In this document: positions 28,322 through 37,318 of the stretch, in pieces
How positions within the stretch are numbered: position 1 is the stretch's first letter
Layout of the letters: each line of letters opens with the position of its first letter
NCBI GenBank assembly: GCA_016190755.1
Contig: JACPPY010000047.1
Span: 13,752 to 77,751, forward strand
DNA from: Chloroflexota bacterium
Lineage (GTDB): Bacteria; Chloroflexota; Dehalococcoidia; JACPPY01
DNA length: 64,000 nt
Direction: 5' to 3'
The notes under the pieces: model-generated
Database searches by the model: none
Seen by the model: the letters and a program-made list of their open reading frames with translations, nothing else
Told to the model about the DNA's origin: nothing
Program-made: the position numbers and the translations under genes

Positions 28322-29507
28322 TTTTACCTATGCCCATCCAAATCAGTTCTTCTTCAGGCGTTTCTTTTGCATTGGTATCGGCAATGATTTGCATAATCAG
28401 TTCCGGAGTGATGGGAACACCGCAGATGCCGGCCACATATCCGAAGACCGTCGGCCTCTTCTTTTCGTTGTAAAGAGACGCTTTGAGCTCCATGCACAAG
28501 ATCCCGCCATGACCGTAGGAGAGGTTGCGGTCGATTACCGCGACCTTTTTGGCGTTCTTCAAGGCTTCTACGAGACGGTTCCCGGGAAATGGACGAAACA
28601 TTCTTACTTTCACCAGTCCGACCTTCTGGCCGGACTCCCTCAAACGATCAACAACAAAGCGGGAGGTGCCGGCGACGGTCGACATGGCCACGACAATGGT
28701 TTCCGCGTCTTCCGTCTTGTAACACTCAATGTCGTCATAGCTGCGGCCGAAGATGGACTCGAACTCCCGATCAGCCGTCTTGCGAAATTCGGCGGCGGTC
28801 TCGAGGGCCTCGTGGGTGCGCCGCCGCAGTTTGGCGTTGAACTCCTGGGACATCGCCGGGCCAAAAAGCCTGTGCGGCTTTTTCGGGTCTGCTACGATGG
28901 CATCTTTCCTTCCCGGCAGGTATTTGTCCACCAGTGCGATATCCGGGACAAGCACCGGCTCCGAGGTATGGGATAGATACGATCCGTCCAGGCATACCAT
29001 CACGGGGACGCTCATTTTCTCGGTAATCCTGAACGCCTGGATGATGGTGTCAAAGACCTCCTGGTTGGTCTCGCAGTAAAATATCATCCAGCCGGTATCT
29101 CTCTGGTACAGCGAGGAGTCCTGCTCCGTCCAGTTGTCCGGGGGCGCTCCTATCAGGGCGTCAACAACGGCCATGACCATCGGCAACATACCGCGGCCTA
29201 TCCAGTGGACGACTTCCTCCATGTACATGAGGCCCTGACGCGATGTGGCGGTGAAAGTCCGTGCGCCTACCGAAGACGCCCCGCTTACTGCCGCCAGCAC
29301 TGAATGTTCCGACTCCGCGGGGATGAAACGTGCCTTCAGTTCCCCGGAGCTGACAAACTCGGAAATCTTCTCCACGATGGGGGTCTGCGGCGTGATAGGG
29401 TACGCCGATACCACCTGGACTCGGGAGAGCCTGACAGCATTGGAAACGGCATGGTTCCCCGAAAGCATTACGTAGGTGCCTTTGGTCCTGTCTACTGAAC
29501 TTGCCAC
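28299..29507 (-). CDS. 2-oxoacid:ferredoxin oxidoreductase alpha subunit (PorA-like)
   Basis: YPITPQT, ESEH, TATS.QGL, FRPFP; GTG start at 29507. Confidence 0.9.
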   Translation of the reverse strand: MASSVDRTKGTYVMLSGNHAVSNAVRLSRVQVVSAYPITPQTPIVEKISEFVSSGELKARFIPAESEHSVLAAVSGASSVGARTFTATSRQGLMYMEEVVHWIGRGMLPMVMAVVDALIGAPPDNWTEQDSSLYQRDTGWMIFYCETNQEVFDTIIQAFRITEKMSVPVMVCLDGSYLSHTSEPVLVPDIALVDKYLPGRKDAIVADPKKPHRLFGPAMSQEFNAKLRRRTHEALETAAEFRKTADREFESIFGRSYDDIECYKTEDAETIVVAMSTVAGTSRFVVDRLRESGQKVGLVKVRMFRPFPGNRLVEALKNAKKVAVIDRNLSYGHGGILCMELKASLYNEKKRPTVFGYVAGICGVPITPELIMQIIADTNAKETPEEELIWMGIGKSEKVKAV

Positions 29508-31183
29508 TTGGTTTCCTCTTCCATCGCAATAACTCCGCGCGGACACTCCTGGGCGCAAATACCGCATCCCTTGCAAAACTCAAGCGCGACTTTGAGTTGC
29601 GCGCCATCCTGCAACACAGCCCCGTCAGGGCAGAACAGCCAGCAGTTGGCGCACTTATTGCATCCGCCACACTCCATACAGCGCCCGGCCTCTTTCACGA
29701 CCTTGGCTTTCGACAGCCCTTCAGCAACCTCGGCAAAAGAGGTTGCCCTTGCTGACGGCGCAAGTGATTTGCCTTCCTGCCGGGGCTGCCGCGAAAAGTA
29801 CGCCAGGTTCATTTGCTCGAATTGGACGATTTCACCCGTTTTGCTAACTGGATACTCTTTTCCTGACAAATAGACGTCGATGGAGATGGCGGCTTTCCTG
29901 CCTGACCCAATAGCCAGGGCTACTGTCGCAGGCCCGGTGGCACAATCCCCCGCGGCGAAGACACCCTTCCTGGACGTCAGAAGGTTTTCATCGACAGCCA
30001 CATTTCCCTGGCCATCGGTCTCGATTCCGTTCGCGGTGTAAAGGTGTGCATCAGTAAACTGTCCGATGGCGGGGATCACGGCGTCCGCCTCGACTTCAAA
30101 GCCTGGACCCTTGGCGGCAATTGCCTGCTTTCTGCCCGAACCATCTTTCTGCCCCAGTTCCATTTGCTCGCACTGAACGACCAATCTGCCGTTCCGGCTC
30201 TTGAGCCCAACCGGTGAAGCCAGAAATTGTATGCGAACCCCCTCATCCAGCGCGGCCTGCGCCTCTTCCTCGTTGGCGGGCATTTCTTTTCGGCTGCGGC
30301 GGTAAAGTATCAAGGGCCGAGCGCCAAGACGCAAGGCGCAGCGGGCGGAGTCGATGGCGACGTTCCCGCCGCCTATCACCACGACCTCCTTATTCCGCCA
30401 CTGAGCATGCGTGGCAGGTCTAGCCAGGAATTCAATGCCCTGAATGACGCCGGGCAGGTTTTCACCGGCGATATTGAGCTGGCGGCCTTTTTGATATCCG
30501 GTGGCCAGCAGCACGGCGAGATAGCCTTGGTCAAACAGGTCGTCCAGGCCTTTTTCGTTTCCCACAGCCATACAGGTCTTGATCTCCAGCCCGAACCTTT
30601 GGAGAAATTCGATCTGCTTGGCGAGTATTTTCCTGGGCAGCCGGTACTCCGGAATCCCAACGGCAAGCATTCCTCCTGCCACCGAAGAAGCCTCGAAAAC
30701 CGTCGTCGGGTAGCCCAGCTTGCTAAGGTAGTAGCCGCAGGTGATGCCCGCCGGCCCTGAGCCCACGATAGCTACTTTCTCTTTGCGTGCCTTGACCTTT
30801 GGCCTGCGCGAAGACTGCCGCAAAGCAAAGTCCCCGACAGATCTCTCTATCGAGTGGATGTTCAGCGCTGAGTCAAGGCCCTTGCGGTTGCAGTCGACTT
30901 CGCACGGATGATAGCAGACCCGTCCCGTAATGGCCGGCATAGGATTGTTTAGCTCGATGATCTTCCAGGCTTCTCCGAAGTCCTGTTTGCGGACAAACTC
31001 AAGGTATTGACGGATATCTATACCGGCCGGACAGGCTCCGCTACAAGGAGGAGTCCTGTTTCTCAATATTGGTCTCAAAAACCGCCATTCGCCGGTCTTG
31101 CGGCGTGCTCTGGCGATGATCTCTGGCTCAAGATAAGCCGGGTGCAGCAGACTGTCCGGCAGAACGACTTTATTATTCTCCAC
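29492..31183 (-). CDS. GltD-like FAD/NAD(P)H oxidoreductase fused to a PorD-like 2[4Fe-4S] domain
   Basis: CSGACPAG, GRVCYHPCE, GSGPAG, GGGNVAID, C-terminal CNKCANCWLFCP and CKGCGICAQECP. Confidence 0.88.
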   Translation of the reverse strand: MENNKVVLPDSLLHPAYLEPEIIARARRKTGEWRFLRPILRNRTPPCSGACPAGIDIRQYLEFVRKQDFGEAWKIIELNNPMPAITGRVCYHPCEVDCNRKGLDSALNIHSIERSVGDFALRQSSRRPKVKARKEKVAIVGSGPAGITCGYYLSKLGYPTTVFEASSVAGGMLAVGIPEYRLPRKILAKQIEFLQRFGLEIKTCMAVGNEKGLDDLFDQGYLAVLLATGYQKGRQLNIAGENLPGVIQGIEFLARPATHAQWRNKEVVVIGGGNVAIDSARCALRLGARPLILYRRSRKEMPANEEEAQAALDEGVRIQFLASPVGLKSRNGRLVVQCEQMELGQKDGSGRKQAIAAKGPGFEVEADAVIPAIGQFTDAHLYTANGIETDGQGNVAVDENLLTSRKGVFAAGDCATGPATVALAIGSGRKAAISIDVYLSGKEYPVSKTGEIVQFEQMNLAYFSRQPRQEGKSLAPSARATSFAEVAEGLSKAKVVKEAGRCMECGGCNKCANCWLFCPDGAVLQDGAQLKVALEFCKGCGICAQECPRGVIAMEEETKWQVQ

Positions 31184-31200
31184 TTTTTACCTCAGACCTT

Positions 31201-31758
31201 TTAGCTTGCCGCTATCTGGATGGACTCGTAAGCTCCCTTAGCCGCAGCAACATTCTCTTCCTTACGGCCCGGGACTATCTCGCGTATGGCGTTGGCAAGG
31301 CTATCCAGGCTCACCAGCTTGATGACCTTGATCAGTCCACCCAGTATGGCTGTATTGACTATGGGAGACTGCGGGGAGCCAAGCCCATGCTTCGCGGCGA
31401 TGGCGCCGGCATCGCAGAAGGCGATTTTGGACCCTGGAGGGAAGTCAGAAGCCTTGGGCCGGGAGGCGGAGTTCATCACAATCCACCCACCGGGCTTGAG
31501 GCCAGCGGTTACGGGAACGTTCTTGATGAGAGTCGGGTCTAGGATAACGATATGGTCTGGCTTGAAAATCTCGCCCCTGATCAGCACCCTATCGGGATCG
31601 GTGCGTAAAAAGGCCTGTACCGGGGCACCCCTTCTTTCCGCACCGAAAAGCGAGGATGCCTGGGCATACTGGTGTTCTTTCAGCAAGGCAAGGGCGAGTA
31701 TGTCGCAAGCAACTACTGCACCCTGTCCTCCCCTGCCATGGAACCGGATTTCTATCAC
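31201..31758 (-). CDS. 2-oxoacid:acceptor oxidoreductase gamma subunit (PorC-like)
   Basis: [25 protein letters not shown]. Confidence 0.92.
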
Positions 31759-31802
31759 TTCCTTAACCTTCTTCTATGCTTTCGGGTTTCCAGGCCAGGA
31801 CT

Positions 31803-32648
31803 CTATATCCCGGCCAATTCTTCTACCATCATGTCGGTTACGAACATATGACCCGGCCAATGGGTAATCATGAGAGGCAGCTTTGCCTCCAGCGCGACCG
31901 CTTGCGGAGTTATACCGCAGCCCCAGAACATCGTTACCTCCTCCGGCTTTTTGGGCTCAACAGGCCAGGGAGGGGCATATGCATCGGGCTTATCCAGGTC
32001 TTTAATTCCGATCGCCTTCTCATCCCCGATGTGCACTGGAGGCCCGTGGAAAGCCGGGTAGCGCGAGGAAATCTGTACCGCCCGGATTGCCGCCTGCGCA
32101 CTGGCAAATGCCCGGCCGGATACCGCCATCCGACCGCGAAAATGCCCGGCGGGGACACAGGGTATATCCGTAAAATAATCGCCCAGAAGCCGGTATTTTA
32201 TGTTGGCCGCTTCAAGCGCCCAATCGAAGCTGATGCTGCATCCGAGGAGAAACGCCACCAGGTCGTCCCGCCAGTAGGCGCTGATATTGACGGGCTCATC
32301 GATGAGCTTGCCGTCACGGAATACCCGGTATTTGGGTATATCTGTTTTCAGGTCGGCTTCAGGGGCCACGGACCTGGGGTGCGGGTCGCCCGGGTCCGTG
32401 ACATCCAGCACCGGGCAGGGCCGCGGGTTCCTTTTGCAGAAGAGCATGAACTCGAAGGCGTACTTCTCGGGCACGATAGCCAGGTTAGCGAGAGCATAGC
32501 CCTGGCAGACCTTCAGCGCGTTCGGCCCGGACCATTGGCCCTGTCGTACCTTGCTGCGGAAGTCCGCCGGCTTCATAGCCAGCCACTCTGCTTCTGTCAG
32601 GTTCAAAAGGGTCTCCTTGCTCACTTCATCCTGAACCAGATTCGACAA
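31803..32648 (-). CDS. DUF1445 / YcsI / D-glutamate cyclase family protein
   Basis: ANL, FC.RNPRPCP, DLKTD.PKY, FLLGCS.SF, HGPPVHIG, FWGCGITPQ, ITHWPGHMFVTD. Confidence 0.9.
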   Translation of the reverse strand: MSNLVQDEVSKETLLNLTEAEWLAMKPADFRSKVRQGQWSGPNALKVCQGYALANLAIVPEKYAFEFMLFCKRNPRPCPVLDVTDPGDPHPRSVAPEADLKTDIPKYRVFRDGKLIDEPVNISAYWRDDLVAFLLGCSISFDWALEAANIKYRLLGDYFTDIPCVPAGHFRGRMAVSGRAFASAQAAIRAVQISSRYPAFHGPPVHIGDEKAIGIKDLDKPDAYAPPWPVEPKKPEEVTMFWGCGITPQAVALEAKLPLMITHWPGHMFVTDMMVEELAGI

Positions 32649-32657
32649 GGTTATGCT

Positions 32658-33095
32658 TTATACTGCCCTTTCTATATACGATTGAATGTTTGAAAGCACC
32701 ATTGCAGTGTACGATTTCATCTTCCATAGAAGGAACAGTCTGAAGAATAGCGGCATTTTTGTCAAGTCCACACTGGCAACCACTTCAGTCTTGCCATCCT
32801 GAACTGGCGCCAGCCTTATGCGCGTTGTCTGGGTCGTGGTAATAAGCCCAGGGCTGGTGCGCGCGCAAACCTTTGCCTCCAGGCCAGCAGGCGGGTTAAC
32901 ATTCTCCATGGCTATGGTCAGGCGCAAAGGCAGGGTAAAAAACAGCATTTTTAGGCGGACGATCCCCTTAACGTTGTTCTCATCAATGATTTGCATCTGT
33001 TCCAGGGACAGCGACTGGAACAAAGCATCACCCACAGCTCCCCAAACTTTTTGCTGGTCTCCATCGACAGTAAACCTTTTCTGAGCGATGAGCAT
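32658..33095 (-). CDS. SRPBCC/CoxG-like protein
   Basis: 145 aa, operonic, pattern F.V...QQKVW... resembling CoxG. Confidence 0.6.
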   Translation of the reverse strand: MLIAQKRFTVDGDQQKVWGAVGDALFQSLSLEQMQIIDENNVKGIVRLKMLFFTLPLRLTIAMENVNPPAGLEAKVCARTSPGLITTTQTTRIRLAPVQDGKTEVVASVDLTKMPLFFRLFLLWKMKSYTAMVLSNIQSYIERAV

Positions 33096-33096
33096 A

Positions 33097-34542
33097 CTAA
33101 TTTTCGATTACCGGGCTATTAGCCGCGTTGTTGCCGGCTATTTGACCGAACACGATGCACTCGGCGATGTTGCAGGCCGTCTGGTATCCGAAACCCCACA
33201 AAGAACCAAGCTCTCCGGCTGCGAATAGCCCCGCTATCGGTTTCCCTTCGGTGTCCAGGACTCTTGCTTCCTTATCACGCCGCGGCCCGCCCTGAGTGTT
33301 CAGTAACGTCGGCCAGAGCTGTATGGCATAATAAGGCCCCTGGATGTGTTTCAGGTGCTCCTTCGCCCTTCCAAAATCGGCATCGCTGCCCGCCTTGCAT
33401 TGTTCGTTGTACCGGTTGATCGTCGCCTCCAGGGAGCCTTGCTCGACACCGATCTTTTGTGCAAGCTCAGAAAGCTTCTTGGCACTTGTGATCCAGCCCT
33501 TTTTGATCTCCTCCTTATTATCGAGGCTCCATTTGTACTTGTTCTTGTTGTAACCGGAGGTGCCCGGATTCATTGGTCCGGCACGCACCACTTCTTCGTC
33601 GAAAATGGCGTGGAAGGGTATGCGCGGAAAATCGAAATGCTCGTCATCGAACGCGGACAGGAGATTGCCATAGACATGCGAATCCACACCTGTTTCGTTC
33701 ACGAACCTACTGCCGCGTTTGTCGACGTAGATGAACCCCAGCCGGAAGAAAAAGATCCCGAAAGCGGCCTCAAATCCCGGGGCCTGGAAGCCCAATCCGC
33801 ACGATAGCCGGGTCATGTGCCATAGGTCGGCACCGATCTTCTGCACCATCCTTATGCCGTCGCCGGTATTTCCCGGGTTCCCCATGAAGCGCACAGGTTT
33901 AGCCGGCAGATAGTCCCACTTCAAGGCATCGTTGTTTTCATAGCCGCCGCAGGTCAGGATCACACCTTTCCGGGCTTTTACGGTCATACCGGACTCCGTA
34001 AGAACTCCTGATATTTGTCCCCTGCCGTTCTTCACCAGCTCCACCGCCCGACTGTTAAACAGGACTTTTATTCCCCGGCTGTTGACGTTTCCCGAAAGCA
34101 GCTTCCACAGCCGCTCGGCAGGGGTGCCTTCGCTGCCCGAGCCCTTCACGCAGTATCTTTGAATATTTTCTCCGCCGGCGACATGTGGAAAAGTGGTCGA
34201 TCCCTTTTGCAGCGGGTAGGCCGCAGCCAGTAGTTCAAATGGCTGTAGCTCCCCGCCAAGCTTCCTGATCCAGGCAGGTATCTCAATCGTTCCCTTTACA
34301 AAGACCTCGAGGGCGTCCCTGGGGGTCGTCTTGAAAGAAATAGTATCGAGGTAGTCCAGAAAACGCATGTCCCTGGGAATAATGATGTTGGCGCCGCCGA
34401 CCTTGCTGTTGCCCCCACCCTCCGCCATTTTTTCCAGCACCGCTACATTGGCGCCCGCGTCATGGGCCGAGATCGCCGCAGCGGCCCCGGCGGCCCCGTA
34501 TCCTACAACCACGACATCTGTTTCAATGTTTTCTTGAACCAT
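33097..34542 (-). CDS. FAD-binding oxidoreductase (flavocytochrome c / 3-ketosteroid dehydrogenase-like)
   Basis: VVGYGAAG, LTCGGY, NTGDG, RFVNE, NTQGG, GLFAAGE. Confidence 0.85.
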   Translation of the reverse strand: MVQENIETDVVVVGYGAAGAAAAISAHDAGANVAVLEKMAEGGGNSKVGGANIIIPRDMRFLDYLDTISFKTTPRDALEVFVKGTIEIPAWIRKLGGELQPFELLAAAYPLQKGSTTFPHVAGGENIQRYCVKGSGSEGTPAERLWKLLSGNVNSRGIKVLFNSRAVELVKNGRGQISGVLTESGMTVKARKGVILTCGGYENNDALKWDYLPAKPVRFMGNPGNTGDGIRMVQKIGADLWHMTRLSCGLGFQAPGFEAAFGIFFFRLGFIYVDKRGSRFVNETGVDSHVYGNLLSAFDDEHFDFPRIPFHAIFDEEVVRAGPMNPGTSGYNKNKYKWSLDNKEEIKKGWITSAKKLSELAQKIGVEQGSLEATINRYNEQCKAGSDADFGRAKEHLKHIQGPYYAIQLWPTLLNTQGGPRRDKEARVLDTEGKPIAGLFAAGELGSLWGFGYQTACNIAECIVFGQIAGNNAANSPVIEN

Positions 34543-34573
34543 GGTTTTTCCCTTTGTCTCCAGTGAGCTGGCT

Positions 34574-35386
34574 TCAGGACGACGACAGCTCTTCCAAGAC
34601 CATGTCGGTGATAAACATGTGCGCCGGGCAATGGGTTATCATCAAGGGCAGCCTGGCTTCTTTGGCAACGTTAGTCACCGTTGCAGCCGCATCCCAGTAC
34701 AGCGCCACCTCGTTCGGTTTCGGAGGCACAATGGGTAACGGCACGGTCGTAACATCTGGATGGCACAGGTCTTTTATTCCCACTCCATCCGGACTTCCCA
34801 TATGGATCGGCGCGCCATGAGCCATCGGGTACCGGGATGAGACCTGGATGGCGCGAACCGCATCCAAGGCCGTCTCAAAAAGCCGGCAGCCAAGGACGAC
34901 ACCGCCCCGGAAAGGCCCGCAGGGTATACAGTTTACGCTCGTATTGAAGTAGGCCCCCAGCATGCGGTACTTGATGTTGGCGCTGCGGAAATACCAGTCC
35001 ATGCTGAGAGCGCAACCGAGGAGGAAACATACCAGGTCGTCCCGCCAGTATTTCTTGATATCGGTCGGCTCGTCGATCAGGACGCCATCCTGGAAAACAC
35101 GGTATTTGGGCAGGTCGGTGCGCAGGTCGGCGTTATCGGCGGTTTTCCTGGTAAAGGGGTCCCCGGGTTCCGTCACCTCCATAACCGGGAAGGTGCGCGG
35201 ATTCCGCTGGCAAAAGGTCGAGAAATCTAATGCGTATTCTTTGGGAACAACCGCCAGATTGGCCTGGGCATAATTCCGGCAGGCGTTTTCGGTCTGGCCT
35301 GACCAGGCGCCCTGCCTGACAATGCTACGGAAACCGGCGGGTGGCATCATCGCGATTTCCTCAACCCTGAATGCGCCTTTTTTCAC
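34574..35386 (-). CDS. DUF1445 / YcsI / D-glutamate cyclase family protein, divergent paralog
   Basis: QANL, DLRTDLPKY, YWRDDLVCFLLGC, HGAPIH, ITHCPAHMFITD. Confidence 0.88.
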   Translation of the reverse strand: MKKGAFRVEEIAMMPPAGFRSIVRQGAWSGQTENACRNYAQANLAVVPKEYALDFSTFCQRNPRTFPVMEVTEPGDPFTRKTADNADLRTDLPKYRVFQDGVLIDEPTDIKKYWRDDLVCFLLGCALSMDWYFRSANIKYRMLGAYFNTSVNCIPCGPFRGGVVLGCRLFETALDAVRAIQVSSRYPMAHGAPIHMGSPDGVGIKDLCHPDVTTVPLPIVPPKPNEVALYWDAAATVTNVAKEARLPLMITHCPAHMFITDMVLEELSSS

Positions 35387-35525
35387 ACCACTGTTCCCAT
35401 CACTTATTTCGATTACGTTAATTCAGTGTTAGCGCCAGCTACAGTATGTTCTTCGGGTATCGGTAGGCAAAGCTTGATTTTGAACAAAAAAGCCAGATAA
35501 TCCTTAAATAATTTCCTGGGGGAGC

Positions 35526-35563
35526 TACACGTCAAATTAGAAATATCATAGCATACACGTCAA
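35526..35563. promoter_or_regulatory. 10-bp direct repeat TACACGTCAA x2 in divergent intergenic region
   Basis: Exact copies at 35526-35535 and 35554-35563. Confidence 0.45.
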
Positions 35564-35609
35564 GCTGGTTTGAGTTGATCATGTCAAGGCCGGGACACCC
35601 GGGACCCAG

Positions 35610-35638
35610 TTGACGTTTTACCTGTTTCTCACTACACT
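35610..35638 (+). promoter_or_regulatory. Putative sigma70 promoter for ADH-ferredoxin genes
   Basis: TTGACG-17 nt-TACACT. Confidence 0.55.
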
Positions 35639-35745
35639 CACTTAGTCTCTGGCCTTCAGGTGGGCTGCGACGGCCAACCTGCAACATCCCACAGGCAGGA
35701 GAGTATGTCAAAAAGCCTGACAGGTTCACAACCGAACAGGAGAAT

Positions 35746-36786
35746 GTGGACAGTGACATGCGGGTAGCGATGTACTACTCCAACCGCGATGTGCGCACCG
35801 AAGAGATGCCGGTGCCTGATGTCAAGTGTGGGGAGCTTCTGGTGCGCGTCGAGGCCGCTGGGATTTGCGGTAGCGATGTCATGGAGTGGTACCGCAAGGA
35901 CAGAGTGCCCCTGGTACTGGGACATGAGATTGGCGGGACAGTCGCCTCCGTCGGCGAGGGTGTCGAGCGCTACAAAGTTGGCGACCGGGTCACGGCGGCA
36001 CACCACGTGCCGTGCAATACCTGTCATTACTGCCTGAATGGACAGCACACCTCCTGCGATACCTTGCGACACACGAACTTCGACCCCGGCGGCTTTGCAC
36101 AGTACCTTCGCGTTCCGGTGATAAATGTTGACCGCGGCGTGTTCAAGCTGCCCGGCGAGGTATCCTTTGAGGACGCAACCTTTGTCGAGCCCCTGGCCTG
36201 CGTGCTACGCGGGCAGCGCCGGGCCGGGCTGAAGCCCGGAAACAGCGTGCTGGTCATTGGCAGCGGCATAACCGGGCTGCTGCACATAAGGCTGGCACGT
36301 GCGCTCGGCGCGGGCCGAATCGTGGCAACCGACGTGACCGGGTACCGTCTGGACATGGCGCGGAGATCCGGCGCCGATATGGCAATCCATGCCAGTGACG
36401 ACGTACCCGGGCGGCTCCGAGAGGCGAACGGCGGGCGCCTGGCTGATATCGTCATCGCCTGTACTGGGGCGGCTTCGGCGCTGGAGCAGGCGCTGCATTC
36501 CGTGGAGCGTGGCGGCACACTGCTGGTCTTCGCCCCTACAGACCCGGGCTACAGGATGCCACTATCGATCAACGACTTCTTCTGGCGCAACGACGTCACT
36601 ATCACTACCTCGTACGCCGGCAGCCCGGCTGACTATGCCACCGCACTTGAGCTGATAAGGTCTGGCGCTGTTCGCGTTCGGGACATGGTGACCCATCGCT
36701 TGCCATTGGCCAAAGCGGGAGAGGGCTTCAAGCTGGTCGTCAGCGGGCAGGAATCGGTCAAGGTCATAGTACTGCCGAACATGTGA
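35746..36786 (+). CDS. Zinc-dependent medium-chain alcohol dehydrogenase (sorbitol/threonine DH-like)
   Basis: GICGSD, GHE, CNTCHYC..C, EPLAC, GSGITG; start may be ATG 35758. Confidence 0.92.
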   Translation: MDSDMRVAMYYSNRDVRTEEMPVPDVKCGELLVRVEAAGICGSDVMEWYRKDRVPLVLGHEIGGTVASVGEGVERYKVGDRVTAAHHVPCNTCHYCLNGQHTSCDTLRHTNFDPGGFAQYLRVPVINVDRGVFKLPGEVSFEDATFVEPLACVLRGQRRAGLKPGNSVLVIGSGITGLLHIRLARALGAGRIVATDVTGYRLDMARRSGADMAIHASDDVPGRLREANGGRLADIVIACTGAASALEQALHSVERGGTLLVFAPTDPGYRMPLSINDFFWRNDVTITTSYAGSPADYATALELIRSGAVRVRDMVTHRLPLAKAGEGFKLVVSGQESVKVIVLPNM

Positions 36787-36808
36787 CAAGAAGCGGAAGG
36801 CATATGAC

Positions 36809-37096
36809 ATGCTTGCCAACTACGGCTATGCCGATGGGTCCGGTGAGTTCTTCATCACCATAGACACCGACAGGTGCGACGGCTGCGGCCGTTGCGTGCA
36901 GGCCTGCCCGGCGGGTGTCTTCGAGGTGGGGCAGGACGACAACGACCCTCTGCGCGACCAACTCGTGGCGCGAGTAGCCGATGCACAACGCAGGCAGATA
37001 GCCTTCGCCTGCGCGCCGTGCAAGTCCGCCTCCGGGCGCAGGCCTCTGCCATGCCAGGCAGCCTGCCCCAAGGACGCTATCGCACACTCCTGGTAA
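36809..37096 (+). CDS. 4Fe-4S dicluster ferredoxin
   Basis: CDGCGRCVQACP and CAPC...PCQAACP. Confidence 0.88.
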   Translation: MLANYGYADGSGEFFITIDTDRCDGCGRCVQACPAGVFEVGQDDNDPLRDQLVARVADAQRRQIAFACAPCKSASGRRPLPCQAACPKDAIAHSW

Positions 37097-37255
37097 ACCC
37101 GGTGACAAACACCAGGACCTTTCCGTACTCCCTGAGCCGACTGCCAGCCAAGATATGGTTTGTACCAAATGATGATAAAGGAGCCGCGAACCATACCCGG
37201 CGGCCCGGGGTGTTTGGGTACTTCCCCCGGTTGGGAGTATCTTTGCCGCTATTGG

Positions 37256-37293
37256 CAAAAGAGAAGGGGGACGCGCCGGCGGCGCGTCCCCCT
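37256..37293 (-). terminator. Intrinsic terminator of the S8 protease gene
   Basis: AGGGGGACGCGCC-GGC-GGCGCGTCCCCCT stem, followed by TCTCTTTT on the minus strand. Confidence 0.75.
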
Positions 37294-37318
37294 GTGGGGC
37301 TCGGTAGATGCGGGAGAG

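Noticed and set aside
31776..32693. 305-aa plus-strand ORF
   Set aside because: Antisense to the well-supported DUF1445 gene.
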